64,000 nt of DNA from Bacteroidia bacterium (GCA_025062295.1 JANXAJ010000002.1:39967-103966); one strand, 5' to 3'. Shown: positions 9,224-19,488, counted from the first letter of the stretch. Notes: generated from the letters alone by a model not told the origin. Numbers and translations: made by a program.

Positions 9224-11929
9224 ATGACGCAGTGGAAAAAGTCCTTTGGAGAGGGCTTAAGTTATATTGACTTGCCAGCTGCTGCTCAAGCATATGGCAT
9301 AGATTTGACTGCGCTCCCTTATAGTCTCCGAATCCTTTTAGAAAATGCTCTCAGACACTTAGACGGCTTCAAGGTTACAGAAGCTCACCTAATGCCTTTC
9401 CGTCAATGGAGTGGGCGACCGAGTCCAGAGGAAGAGATTGCTTTTATTCCTGCTCGGGTGCTAATGCAGGATTTTACAGGGGTACCCGCTGCTGTTGACT
9501 TGGCTTCCTTGCGGGAGGCAGTCTCTGCAAATGGAGGAGACCCTCGCTCTATTAACCCTCTTGTTCCTGTAGACCTCGTGATAGACCACTCGGTTCAGGT
9601 TGACTCTTTTGGGAATGCCTCGGCCCTTCAGCGCAATATTGAGAAGGAATATCAGCAAAATCAAGAACGCTACGTATTTCTCAAGTGGGTTCAGCAAGCA
9701 TTTGACAACTTTCGGATAGTTCCGCCAGGGATGGGGATTGTGCATCAGGTGAATTTGGAGTATTTGGCCCAGGTAATAACGGAGCGAGGTGGGTGGGTAT
9801 TTCCAGACACGCTTGTGGGGACAGACTCTCACACGCCGATGGTGAACGGCATAGGCGTGGTCGGATGGGGGGTGGGAGGCATTGAAGCAGAAGCAGCCAT
9901 GTTAGGGCAGCCGTTTTACTTTCCCTGTCCAGAGGTTATTGGGCTGCGGCTGGAGGGATGCCTCCGACCTGGGGTCACAGCGACAGACCTTGTCCTCACA
10001 ATTACAGAGCTGCTGCGAAAAGTAGGAGTCGTAGATAAATTTGTGGAAATCTTCGGACCCGGTCTTTCCACCTTGACCGTTCCCGACCGAGCTACTATCT
10101 CAAACATGTCTCCTGAATTTGGATGTACAGTAACATACTTTCCGATTGATGAGCAGACTCTGACTTACTTGCGACTCACGGGACGCAAGCAGAGTAAGAT
10201 TGAGGTTATTCGGCGGTATGCTGAGCTGAACCATCTCTGGTGGAAAGCGGAGCAGATCCCGATTTACACGAAGGTCATCTCTCTGGACTTGGGTTCGGTA
10301 GAACCTGTAGTTGCGGGCCCTCGCCGTCCCCAGGATAGAATTCCCCTGAGAGAGGTGAAGCAGATTGTTCAGCAAAACATACAAGGCACCTATCAGAAAA
10401 AGGGACTTTCGGTGAGTGCTCAGCCTCTGACCTTCCTAAAAGAAGCCCCCCCACCAAATGGATATGCCCATTTGTATGCGGGAGATGCGGACTACTTTCT
10501 CTCGGATGGGAGCGTCGTGATCGCTGCTATTACGAGCTGCACTAATACCTCTAATCCATCGGTGATGCTGGCAGCTGGACTCGTGGCGAAGAAGGCTGTA
10601 TCCATGGGACTCACTCCCAAGCCCTGGGTCAAAACGACTCTTGCACCCGGTTCTCGAGTCGTGACACGGTACTTAGAGAAAGCGGGACTCCTTCCTTACT
10701 TAGAAGCGCTTCGGTTTCATGTGGCGGGATATGGCTGTACAACTTGCATCGGCAATAGCGGGACGCTTCCACCCGCTGTCTCCCGAGGAATTCAAGAGAA
10801 AAACCTCGTCGTAGCGGCTGTCCTTTCAGGCAATAGAAACTTTGAGGCCCGCATTCATCCACAGGTCAGAATGAACTTCCTTGCCTCTCCTCCTCTTGTG
10901 GTGGCTTATGCCCTTGCAGGAAGAGTAGATATTGACCTGGAGAAAGAACCGATTGGCTACGACCCCGATGGCCAGCCAGTATATTTGCGAGATATCTGGT
11001 TTTCCCAAGAAGAGGTTGATCAGCTTTTGAAATCCGTGATTGATGAGGAGGACTACAAACTGAATTACGCTCATATTTTTGAAGGAGAGGCTGCATGGCA
11101 ATCCCTTAAGGCCCCCTCTGGACATCTCTACGCTTGGGAGGAGTCATCAACATATATTCGTCGGGCGCCTTTCTTTGATGGGCTGACAGCGACTGTGCCT
11201 CCCCTCAAGGACATACTCAATGCGCGAGTATTGCTCGTTTTAGGTGACTCCGTAACAACCGATCACATTTCCCCAGCTGGCTCCATCCCCTCTCAATCCC
11301 CTGCAGGTCAATATTTGATTGAAAAAGGGGTAGATGTGAAAGATTTCAACTCTTACGGGGCTCGGCGAGGCAATCATGAAGTGATGATGCGAGGGACTTT
11401 TGCAAATGTGCGCTTACGCAACAAACTGGTGGAGCGAGAGGGCGGCTGGACCCTTCATCATCCAACGGGTGAGCTTTTGCCTGTCTATGAGGCAGCCATG
11501 CGTTATCAAGCCGAAGGCACGCCACTCTTAGTGATTGCAGGCAAAGAATATGGAAGCGGTTCCTCCCGAGATTGGGCAGCTAAAGGTCCAGCCCTTCTGG
11601 GTATCAAGGCTGTGATAGCAGAGAGCTACGAGCGCATTCACCGAAGCAACCTCGTAGGAATGGGCATCCTCCCCCTACAATTCCTCCCAGGGGAAAGTGC
11701 TGAAGTTTTAGGTCTTACAGGAAAAGAGATATACACGATCCACGGCATAAAGGAGGGACTCACTCCGCTCAAGCGTCTCTCGGTGAGCACAATAGACCCA
11801 ACCACAGGCTCAAGCAGGCATTTTGAAGTGATAGCCCTTCTGCGCTCAGAGATAGAGGTGGCTTATTACCGACATGGGGGCGTTCTAAACTATGTTCTTC
11901 GGACGCAGTTCCTTGGAGGATCTGCCTGA
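9224..11929 (+). CDS. acnA: Aconitate hydratase A
   Basis: RVLMQDFTGVP, GTDSHT, AITSCTNTSNP, GCTTCIGNSG, TTDHISPAG, GSGSSRDWAAKG. Confidence 0.97.
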   Translation: MTQWKKSFGEGLSYIDLPAAAQAYGIDLTALPYSLRILLENALRHLDGFKVTEAHLMPFRQWSGRPSPEEEIAFIPARVLMQDFTGVPAAVDLASLREAVSANGGDPRSINPLVPVDLVIDHSVQVDSFGNASALQRNIEKEYQQNQERYVFLKWVQQAFDNFRIVPPGMGIVHQVNLEYLAQVITERGGWVFPDTLVGTDSHTPMVNGIGVVGWGVGGIEAEAAMLGQPFYFPCPEVIGLRLEGCLRPGVTATDLVLTITELLRKVGVVDKFVEIFGPGLSTLTVPDRATISNMSPEFGCTVTYFPIDEQTLTYLRLTGRKQSKIEVIRRYAELNHLWWKAEQIPIYTKVISLDLGSVEPVVAGPRRPQDRIPLREVKQIVQQNIQGTYQKKGLSVSAQPLTFLKEAPPPNGYAHLYAGDADYFLSDGSVVIAAITSCTNTSNPSVMLAAGLVAKKAVSMGLTPKPWVKTTLAPGSRVVTRYLEKAGLLPYLEALRFHVAGYGCTTCIGNSGTLPPAVSRGIQEKNLVVAAVLSGNRNFEARIHPQVRMNFLASPPLVVAYALAGRVDIDLEKEPIGYDPDGQPVYLRDIWFSQEEVDQLLKSVIDEEDYKLNYAHIFEGEAAWQSLKAPSGHLYAWEESSTYIRRAPFFDGLTATVPPLKDILNARVLLVLGDSVTTDHISPAGSIPSQSPAGQYLIEKGVDVKDFNSYGARRGNHEVMMRGTFANVRLRNKLVEREGGWTLHHPTGELLPVYEAAMRYQAEGTPLLVIAGKEYGSGSSRDWAAKGPALLGIKAVIAESYERIHRSNLVGMGILPLQFLPGESAEVLGLTGKEIYTIHGIKEGLTPLKRLSVSTIDPTTGSSRHFEVIALLRSEIEVAYYRHGGVLNYVLRTQFLGGSA

Positions 11930-12524
11930 AATTCTGCATCCACACATCACCTCGGATCAGCTTCACCTTCTGAAAAGGTATGCTCTTGAGCTTCAAAGGG
12001 TCAATGTAACTCATAATCTCATCTCTCGGAAAGACATCGCCTTTGTATGGGAACATCATATTATTCCCAGTTTGCTTTTTTTAGGATGGTGGCGATTCCC
12101 AGGGGGAGCGGTCGTCCTGGATATTGGCACGGGAGGGGGCTTACCAGGGATTCCATTGGCAATCGTCCACCCCCAAACCTCGTTCCTTCTCATAGATAGC
12201 ACGCGCAAGAAGGTAGAAGCAGTCCGTTCCATAGTAAAAGAGCTGGGACTTTCTGCCCAAGTGGAGGTTCAGTGGGGAAGGGCTGAGCTTCTCTCAGCTC
12301 GGTTTCCCTTCATTGTGGGAAGAGCTGTAGCTCCCCTGCCCCGATTTCTTAGGTGGGCAGAGAAATGCCTCCTCTCAGAGGGCACAGTGTATTACTATAC
12401 TGGTGAATCTGCCGACCCGCTCCCACCTCAATGGGAAGGGAAGTTTTATTCTTTCAGGAAATTGGTCCCACAGAACGATTACATAAAGGGTAAGGGAATC
12501 TTCCGTCTCAGACTCAGGCACTAG
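11892..12524 (+). CDS. rsmG: 16S rRNA m7G527 methyltransferase
   Basis: NLISRKD, HHIxxSL, LDIGTGGGLPGIPLAI, DSxxKK, RAE, RAVA; start uncertain (TTG 11913 possible). Confidence 0.9.
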   Translation: MFFGRSSLEDLPEILHPHITSDQLHLLKRYALELQRVNVTHNLISRKDIAFVWEHHIIPSLLFLGWWRFPGGAVVLDIGTGGGLPGIPLAIVHPQTSFLLIDSTRKKVEAVRSIVKELGLSAQVEVQWGRAELLSARFPFIVGRAVAPLPRFLRWAEKCLLSEGTVYYYTGESADPLPPQWEGKFYSFRKLVPQNDYIKGKGIFRLRLRH

Positions 12525-13165
12525 CTCTTCGCTCTGCCCAGAGGAAAAATACAACGATTGAGACACTGAATTCCGCAGAGATTATAGCCTATTTACTTAG
12601 GGACGCTAATACCTTAGATAAGCGAAAGCTCCTTCTATGTTAAGAGCGTTTGCCTGTTTCTTGTATAAATGCTTGCAAACGGCATGAGCTGTATGGAAGC
12701 TTCATAATACTTACAAAATTTCTCTCTCAGAAGCGCTCCGAAATTCTATCGGCTTCCCTACCGAGTCGGCTGATTCTGGTATCTTCACCGAGCACGCCCT
12801 CGTCCTAAACTTCCAACTACGCTGCTTCTCGGTAGGAGAGTTACCTCAGCCAGCATCCCATAGAAGGATACTTATGACAGACTACTCTTCCGCCAGACTG
12901 GATAGAAGCTCGGAAACGAGGAGTGTCAGTAGTTGGCTTTGCTAAGCTTGATGCAGCAGCGGATGGAATTTCAGATTCACTCATAGCAGAGAGCGTCATA
13001 ATTATATCAGGAGACGGAATAAGCAAAACTGACCTCTGTTCTAACGCTCATTGACTGTTCCTCGTTGGTCTGTGGGCGGCTGGCAGCCATCCTTCCCAAT
13101 CTAAATTCAGCTTTTACCCCCTCCTAATTACTCTACCTTATATCTCTCCTTCTCTAAGCCAGCCC

Positions 13166-14083
13166 TTATTTTTGAATGGCAATGATTAAGACTGCTCCAT
13201 AAACGGAGCGCTGGTGAATCTCAAATCCACTTTTGCTCAGCTTCTCTTCTATAATGCGACACTTTTTCTCTAATCGGATCATCCATGCCTGAGAGGCTCG
13301 GAGTAGTTCATCAGAAAGGTGAGGAAAGAGAAGCGCTTCACACCCCTCACATGCAACTTTAGTCAAGGAGACCGAAGACCATCCCACCTCAGAAAGGATA
13401 TCCTCTAATCTATACCCCTGCACTAAAAAAGGAGAACGAATAGGAGGTGGGGGCGGATAGAAAAGAATTTGTTCCTTCTGGGGTGCCCATGCTCCAGCTA
13501 TCCATTGCACCTGCCCTTGACAGCCAGCCAATTCAGTATTTCGGAGTCCTATTGTCTCATGAAAAGGGTCTGGCTCAAGCGCCACCACCTCAGCACCCTG
13601 AAGGGCGAAGTAGACCGAAGTATCCCCATTATAAGCCCCAATATCTATCACTCTTTTGAGTTTCAAATCTATCTTGTAGCATTCCTCTGCAAATACCTCG
13701 TAGAAACTAGAAACTTCCCAAGAGAATTCCCCGCGAGTGAGAAAGTATCGCTGGGGAAGCAGTTTCCATACCAGAGCTGTCCTGTCAGGGGTCATCCCAT
13801 GAAACTCAGGATACCCTCTTTTCCACAGGTAGAGAAGCGGAAGAAGGTTACTGGGACTCAGGGGATAGACCTCTTCTTGCATCTGCCCTGGAGGCTTGAG
13901 ACGAAAGGAAGAGGATTGAGCCCATATCTCCCTCATCGTCAGCCAAAGAGAAGGTATATAATCTTGAAAACGCCGTCTATTTTTCAGAAGGGCCAAGGAG
14001 AAAAGAGCTCTGCGCACAAGATTCTCATGCTTGCCCGCCCATCGGCTCAGGAAGAGAAAGTCTTTAGAAAGAGAGTGTAGCAT
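13166..14083 (-). CDS. FkbM-family SAM-dependent methyltransferase
   Basis: VIDIGAYNGDTSVYF, ALEPDP, degenerate KxDCEGxE (KVACEGCE). Confidence 0.75.
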   Translation of the reverse strand: MLHSLSKDFLFLSRWAGKHENLVRRALFSLALLKNRRRFQDYIPSLWLTMREIWAQSSSFRLKPPGQMQEEVYPLSPSNLLPLLYLWKRGYPEFHGMTPDRTALVWKLLPQRYFLTRGEFSWEVSSFYEVFAEECYKIDLKLKRVIDIGAYNGDTSVYFALQGAEVVALEPDPFHETIGLRNTELAGCQGQVQWIAGAWAPQKEQILFYPPPPPIRSPFLVQGYRLEDILSEVGWSSVSLTKVACEGCEALLFPHLSDELLRASQAWMIRLEKKCRIIEEKLSKSGFEIHQRSVYGAVLIIAIQK

Positions 14084-14111
14084 CCTACAGATTTCGCTGT
14101 AAGGTAAAGAA

Positions 14112-14119
14112 TATATTTG
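14112..14119 (+). promoter_or_regulatory. -7 promoter box TATATTTG
   Basis: Exact TAnnTTTG 6 nt before GTG 14126. Confidence 0.65.
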
Positions 14120-14125
14120 CTTTAG

Positions 14126-15085
14126 GTGCGTACCTTCCTGCGGTGGCTAGGGGGTGTGTCATGGGTGCGGCGCTTCTATGAGGGAGAGGCAGTCATTTTG
14201 GCCCTTCATCGGGTGAGTAGAACCCCCTCCCTCATGGGCTCAAGCTTCTGTCTTCACCCCGAAAGGCTTCAACACCTCCTCCTCCATCTCATCAAGAAGG
14301 GATATACTTTCATCTCCTTAGAAGCTCTTCTTTATGCGCTTCAAGCAGATCATCCTCTTCATAAGGCTATCGTCCTCACTATTGACGATGGATACGCTGA
14401 CTTTCTCGAGGAGGCCTACCCTATTCTAAAACAGCTAAAAATACCCTTCACAATGTATGTAGTAAGCAGTTTTGCAAAGAAGGAACTTTTTCCGTGGTGG
14501 GTAGGATTAGACCACCTCATTCAGGAGCGCCATAAGTTTATCTTAGAAGGATACTCTTACGAAGCTAAGGATTGGAAGAAGAAAAAGCGACTTTTCTCCC
14601 ACCTTCAGCGGAGATATTTGAGAGAATCTCCTCATAAAGCATGTGGAGCCATAGAATCTGCCTTTCGAAAGGCAGGCCTTCCTTCCGAAAAGTTGTACGA
14701 AGTGTGTTTAGATACTTATGCCTTGCACTCCCTATCTCAGGACTCTCTCTGTAGGATCGGGGCTCATACTGTATCTCATCCGTGGCTTCCTTCTTTAGAC
14801 TGGGAGAAATGGGAGAGAGAACTCTCTCATAGCAAGGCATTCTTAGAGGCGGTTCTTCAGCGGCTTGTAGTTGATTTTGCTTACCCCTATGGAGGGCCTC
14901 AGGACATTCCGACGGGCTTAGAGCGCCTGCTTAGCGAAATCGGCTACCGTAGTGCGGTAACGCTGCGCTGGAGTCCAGTGTATCGGGCTCATCGGTCTTC
15001 ACCTTATAGGCTTCCTCGTCGAGTAGTGAATGCTAGCTTAGCAGCAGAAGACTTTCATCGCCCTCGCTGGCGGCGGATGGCTTAG
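14126..15085 (+). CDS. Polysaccharide deacetylase (CE4/NodB-like)
   Basis: LHRV, LTIDDGY, GAHTVSHP, FAYPYG, LPR motifs. Confidence 0.88.
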   Translation: MRTFLRWLGGVSWVRRFYEGEAVILALHRVSRTPSLMGSSFCLHPERLQHLLLHLIKKGYTFISLEALLYALQADHPLHKAIVLTIDDGYADFLEEAYPILKQLKIPFTMYVVSSFAKKELFPWWVGLDHLIQERHKFILEGYSYEAKDWKKKKRLFSHLQRRYLRESPHKACGAIESAFRKAGLPSEKLYEVCLDTYALHSLSQDSLCRIGAHTVSHPWLPSLDWEKWERELSHSKAFLEAVLQRLVVDFAYPYGGPQDIPTGLERLLSEIGYRSAVTLRWSPVYRAHRSSPYRLPRRVVNASLAAEDFHRPRWRRMA

Positions 15086-15788
15086 CTTTTTCTTCCTCTT
15101 GATTGAAGACTCGTCTCCAATAAGCCCGCCCTATAGGCGGCAAGCGATAATGAAGGGTTTTCCAGTAGGCTCGGACTCTTTCTGGAGAGAACCCATAACG
15201 CTGTGCCGCTTCCTCTACCCACCTCCACCGTTGCGGAAGGTATCTCCTCCATATCCGAACTAAGAGCCCCCGCACCCTCGCACTCATCCACCATATCGCA
15301 TACACAGTCCCTCGGTTGAGCTGCTTATAGGCAATCTCCCCGACATCCAAAGCGTAGGGATACTTTTCCCTCAGAGAGAGAGCCGTATCACCAATAACAA
15401 GGCGCCCTGTAGAAGTATCAAGAGCCTCATTATTTTCTGAAAGGAGGGTCCAGAGAGGAAGGGCTTTTTTCTCCATGAGATGCCTTACAATTCGGGCGGA
15501 AGAGAGGGAACGGCGATCTATGACGAGGCGTTTCCAACTTGAGGGAGGCATCTCTCCAATCAAAAGCACACTCTTCACTTGCCCTCGGCTAGCGATTCCC
15601 CAGCGAGTAAGACCCGTGTGAAGAGGCTTCACTGCCCCATATGGAAGCAGAGCTGCTTCACATGGAGAAGCCTGACAGACCTCCCAGAGGCACCGAGGGT
15701 CCGAAAAAAGTTCATAAGGCAGTCCTCCAGCTTCTAAAGCCCGCTGATAAGGGTAAGTGTTGAGAAAATCAAAAAGGCGTATCTGCAT
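15033..15788 (-). CDS. mqnA: Chorismate dehydratase (futalosine menaquinone pathway), divergent
   Basis: FLNTYP, GIASRGQVKSVLL, SLSS, LVIGDTAL, DVGE, VYAIW match the MqnA pattern; co-operonic with mqnE. Confidence 0.75.
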   Translation of the reverse strand: MQIRLFDFLNTYPYQRALEAGGLPYELFSDPRCLWEVCQASPCEAALLPYGAVKPLHTGLTRWGIASRGQVKSVLLIGEMPPSSWKRLVIDRRSLSSARIVRHLMEKKALPLWTLLSENNEALDTSTGRLVIGDTALSLREKYPYALDVGEIAYKQLNRGTVYAIWWMSARVRGLLVRIWRRYLPQRWRWVEEAAQRYGFSPERVRAYWKTLHYRLPPIGRAYWRRVFNQEEEKAKPSAASEGDESLLLLS

Positions 15789-16377
15789 CCACCGCCAAAG
15801 CTCTCATGTAGAAATGTCCATCCAGCAGGCGGACACCCCAGCTTAGCTGCCCTCGCCTATGATGAAACCGGTCTTGATCTGCAATAGGATAGCCCATAAG
15901 GGAACTTAGCAGAACTCGCAGAAGCTGCCCGTGGGTAATGATGAGAACGCTCCCCGTGGAGTAGAGACTTGCTACTAAGTGCATCCCTTCTTGAACTCGG
16001 CGGAGTAAGGCGGATAAACTCTCACCTTCAGGAGGGTGCCACTCCAGCTCCCCAGCTATCCAGCGCTGTCTCTGCTCCTGCAGAAGCGGCTTGACTTCCG
16101 CAATCAAACGCCCCTCCCAAAGCCCCCAATCCATCTCATGGAAATGAGGAAGTTGGATAATCATGTCTTTAGAAGGAGCAATAATCTCAGCTGTCTCCAG
16201 GGCTCGCTGAGCAGGACTTGTAATGATGGCTTGAAAAGGAACGCCACTGAGAGCCTTCCGCCACGCATAGGCTTGTTTTCTCCCATTTTCTGATAAGGGG
16301 ACATCCGTCCGCCTACCTAATAAGTAATCTTTTTTCTCAACCTCCCCATGACGAAGAAAAAAGTACTGCTGACACAT
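15769..16377 (-). CDS. Histidine phosphatase family protein (CobC/GpmB-like)
   Basis: LRHG, LSxxGxxQA, SPxxRAxETA, EMDWGLWEG, GES, THG. Confidence 0.88.
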   Translation of the reverse strand: MCQQYFFLRHGEVEKKDYLLGRRTDVPLSENGRKQAYAWRKALSGVPFQAIITSPAQRALETAEIIAPSKDMIIQLPHFHEMDWGLWEGRLIAEVKPLLQEQRQRWIAGELEWHPPEGESLSALLRRVQEGMHLVASLYSTGSVLIITHGQLLRVLLSSLMGYPIADQDRFHHRRGQLSWGVRLLDGHFYMRALAVDADTPF

Positions 16378-17489
16378 CAGGTAGAAACCGATGAAAGCTT
16401 AATTGGGCGATAAAGGGAATCTCTCTCCTGAGGAGTATAGCCTGCAGAGATAATCAAATGCTCCAGCTCTTGGACGCTCATAGCCGGATGCTCCTCACCT
16501 CCAGCCATACTGTAGATCTTAGTGGTATCGTCTATAGTTCCGTCCAAGTCATCTACACCGAAAGACAAGCTCAATTGAGCTGCTACGCGTCCTATCATAG
16601 GCCAGTAAGCTTTCAGGTGAGGAATATTATGAAGATACAGGCGGCAAACAGCGTAGTTCTTCAAATCCTCTATTATAGATGTCTCCTTCAAATGCGAAAG
16701 AGCGTTATTTTCTCTACGAAATTTGAGGGGAATAAAACAGTTGAATCCGCCGCTCTCCTCTTGAAGCTCCCGCAGCAAACTCATGTGATGAATACGATGC
16801 TCATACCTCTCAATATGTCCATACAGCATGGTGGCATTAGAAGGAATCCCCAGCCGATGAGCTGTCCGATGAATCTCAAGCCATTCTTCAGTATTGGCTT
16901 TAGTAGCGCAGATTTGCTTCCGAATTTCTGGATGAAAAATTTCGGCTCCACCCCCTGGTAGAGAGTCTAACCCAGCCTCCTTGAGAGCTAAAAGCCCCTC
17001 TTCATAACTCATGCGAGAACGAGCACACATAACTTTGAGCTCTACAGCTGTGAAAGCTTTGACATGAATGTGAGGCAGAATTCGCTTGATGCGACGGATA
17101 ATATCCGCATAGTACTCAATTCCTCGCTTCGGATGAACTCCCCCGACGATATGCACCTCGGTCACGCCACTTCCCACATATCTGTGAGCTATAGCTTCAA
17201 TCTCTTCAGGAGAATACTCCCATCCTCCCTCTTCTCCGGGCTTTCGGGCAAAAGAGCAGAAAGCACATTCATAAATGCAGATATTGGTGGGTTCAATATG
17301 AAAGTTCCGATTGTAATAGACGATCTGACCGTGAAGCCGAGAACGAACAAGACTAGCTAAGGCACCCAAGAAGGCAAGATTAGAGGAGTGGTAGAGGAAG
17401 AGAGCATCTTCGTCAGAGAGAGGGAATCCTTCTTCTACCTTCTCCCAGAGGGCTGCTTCTGCGGGGGAGAGTCGGGGTGGTCTAAGCAT
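16377..17489 (-). CDS. mqnE: Aminofutalosine synthase (radical SAM)
   Basis: HIEPTNICxYxCxFC, TEVHIVGG, HVKAFTAVE, SLPGGGAEIF, NATMLYGH, HLKAYW, KIYSMAG; start trimmed to ATG 17489. Confidence 0.9.
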   Translation of the reverse strand: MLRPPRLSPAEAALWEKVEEGFPLSDEDALFLYHSSNLAFLGALASLVRSRLHGQIVYYNRNFHIEPTNICIYECAFCSFARKPGEEGGWEYSPEEIEAIAHRYVGSGVTEVHIVGGVHPKRGIEYYADIIRRIKRILPHIHVKAFTAVELKVMCARSRMSYEEGLLALKEAGLDSLPGGGAEIFHPEIRKQICATKANTEEWLEIHRTAHRLGIPSNATMLYGHIERYEHRIHHMSLLRELQEESGGFNCFIPLKFRRENNALSHLKETSIIEDLKNYAVCRLYLHNIPHLKAYWPMIGRVAAQLSLSFGVDDLDGTIDDTTKIYSMAGGEEHPAMSVQELEHLIISAGYTPQERDSLYRPIKLSSVST

Positions 17490-17492
17490 GGT

Positions 17493-17500
17493 CAAAGCTA
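17493..17500 (-). promoter_or_regulatory. -7 promoter box TAGCTTTG
   Basis: Exact TAnnTTTG 3 nt before mqnE ATG. Confidence 0.6.
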
Positions 17501-17553
17501 TAAACAAAAGCGGAGGTATTGGCGCTTTCTTTTTCTATGAGTAGGGGGTTTTT

Positions 17554-17561
17554 TACCTTTG
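17554..17561 (+). promoter_or_regulatory. -7 promoter box TACCTTTG
   Basis: Exact TAnnTTTG 4 nt before ATG 17566. Confidence 0.7.
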
Positions 17562-17565
17562 AGGC

Positions 17566-18885
17566 ATGATAGAGGTCATCCTCCCAAAGCTTGGAGAGAG
17601 TGTAACGGAAGCTCGGATTATTCGCTGGCTCAAGAAGCCGGGAGAACGAGTGGAGGCTGACGAGCCAATCTTAGAAATAGCTACAGACAAGGTAGACTCG
17701 GAGGTCCCAGCCCCTGCTTCGGGCATCTTAGCTGCGGTACAGGTAAAAGAAGGCGAGACGGTACCCGTAGGAACAGTTCTTGCACTGATTGAGACAGAGG
17801 GCGAAAGGAGAGAAGAAGTCGTAGCGGCGTCTCCCTCCACCTCAGTGCCGCTTCCTTCATCCTCTGTAGGGAATGGACCTCCTCCACCCCCAATGGAGCG
17901 AATTCCTGCTCGTCAGGGCGAACGCTTCTACTCTCCCCTCGTACGCACCATCGCCCAGCGTGAAGGTATCACCCTTGCCGAACTGGAACGCATCCCTGGC
18001 ACAGGAGCTGGCGGACGGGTAACAAAAAATGATCTTTTATCTTACCTTGCTCGTCGCTCAGCTCCTTCTTCCCCTCTCCCAGCTCAAGCCCCCTCCCCCC
18101 TTCCCTCTCTCCAAGAAATCCTTTCTTACCTTCAAGAGCACTTCATTCTCATTCCGAAAAAGAAATTCTCTCACGAAAACGCCGAAGTGATAGAAATGGA
18201 CAGAATGCGAAAAATTATTGCTGAAAATATGGTCTATTCCAAGCATGTTGCCCCCCATGTTACAAGTTTTGTGGAAGCAGATGTCTCCTCTCTCGTACTA
18301 TGGCGAGAGCGAGTCAAAGAGAGCTTTGAAAAAAAATACGGAGAAAAGCTCACCTTTACCCACATTTTTGTAGAGGTTTTAGCCAGAGTACTACGAGAGT
18401 TCCCTCAACTCAATGCTTCCGTAGAAGGTGAGAAAATCCTTCTCAAGCGAGAGATTCATATTGGAGTGGCTGTAGCACTTCCTGACAATAATTTGATAGT
18501 TCCAGTGGTTCGGCATGCGGACCGGCTAAATTTGGCAGGGATTGCAGCAGTAGTGAATGATCTTACTCGTCGGGCTCGTTCAGGTCAGCTCAAACCAGAT
18601 GAAATCACTGGCGGGACCTATACTCTCTCCAATGTGGGAACCTTCGGCAGTGTAATGGGCACGCCTATCCTGCTTCAGCCACAGGTGGGCATTTTAGCAA
18701 CAGGCGCTATTCGCAAAAAACCAGCCATCATAGAGACTCCGACGGGCGACACTATCGGGATACGGCATATGATGTTTCTCTCTCACTCTTACGATCACCG
18801 AGTTATAGATGGGGCATTGGGTGGAGCCTTTGTCAGGCGCGTAGCGGACCTCTTGGAGGGATGGGATCCCCATCGGGATATCTAA
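17566..18885 (+). CDS. 2-oxoacid dehydrogenase E2 (dihydrolipoamide acyltransferase)
   Basis: Lipoyl domain (ATDKVDSEVP), E3-binding domain (SPLVR...GTGAGGRVTKND), catalytic SYDHRVIDG. Confidence 0.95.
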   Translation: MIEVILPKLGESVTEARIIRWLKKPGERVEADEPILEIATDKVDSEVPAPASGILAAVQVKEGETVPVGTVLALIETEGERREEVVAASPSTSVPLPSSSVGNGPPPPPMERIPARQGERFYSPLVRTIAQREGITLAELERIPGTGAGGRVTKNDLLSYLARRSAPSSPLPAQAPSPLPSLQEILSYLQEHFILIPKKKFSHENAEVIEMDRMRKIIAENMVYSKHVAPHVTSFVEADVSSLVLWRERVKESFEKKYGEKLTFTHIFVEVLARVLREFPQLNASVEGEKILLKREIHIGVAVALPDNNLIVPVVRHADRLNLAGIAAVVNDLTRRARSGQLKPDEITGGTYTLSNVGTFGSVMGTPILLQPQVGILATGAIRKKPAIIETPTGDTIGIRHMMFLSHSYDHRVIDGALGGAFVRRVADLLEGWDPHRDI

Positions 18886-19475
18886 GGTTTTACTCCTGAA
18901 TTCCTCTTGTGTCCCTGGCGAGACAAGAAAAGAAAGGCTAAAACCTCTCCTAAGCACAAAAATATCTACAGAACGCCTGAAAGCGAGGTTCATAGCTAAT
19001 AAAGCTCAGTCAAGTGGGGCGAAAAGAGAGATAAAGAGAAAATGAGCGCAACTGCAGTACGACACGGGCAGAGTGCAAGCTAGGCGGAAAGCGTCTTGAG
19101 AAAAATCATTGAATATCAAAAGGGCGAGGAGGTACGCTGGCGTTCTGATGCCTATGAGCAGGCTATCGAGATGTGAAATCCTTCTCCTTGCCATAAGCAG
19201 CATGAAAGAATAGGATGCTGAGTCTCAGTGCTCCCCAAGGGATTCCACAGAGCTTGGCTATTGAATCATAAAGCAAAAGCCAACCTAAGGATGAATGAAT
19301 GGGAATAGCCTTCATGGGAGGATTTCGGCTTGACTGAACATTTATCCTGAGTACGGGTCCTGCCAGCCTCTATTCAGCAGAAGCTACACCTTAGATGGAG
19401 AAGGAATAGAAGTATAAGAGAAGAGGGATTTGGTAAAATCAGTAATGCATCTAATAGTCTTAGGCTCTTTTAGTA

Positions 19476-19483
19476 TACATTTG
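19476..19483 (+). promoter_or_regulatory. -7 promoter box TACATTTG
   Basis: Exact TAnnTTTG 5 nt before ATG 19489. Confidence 0.65.
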
Positions 19484-19488
19484 CCTAG

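Noticed and set aside
13073-13093. GGGCGGCTGGCAGCCATCC, partly like the REP-like palindrome
   Set aside because: No second arm and core interrupted; likely chance similarity
13469-14080. 203-aa ORF antisense to the FkbM methyltransferase
   Set aside because: Shadow of the minus-strand gene, which carries the recognisable SAM motif
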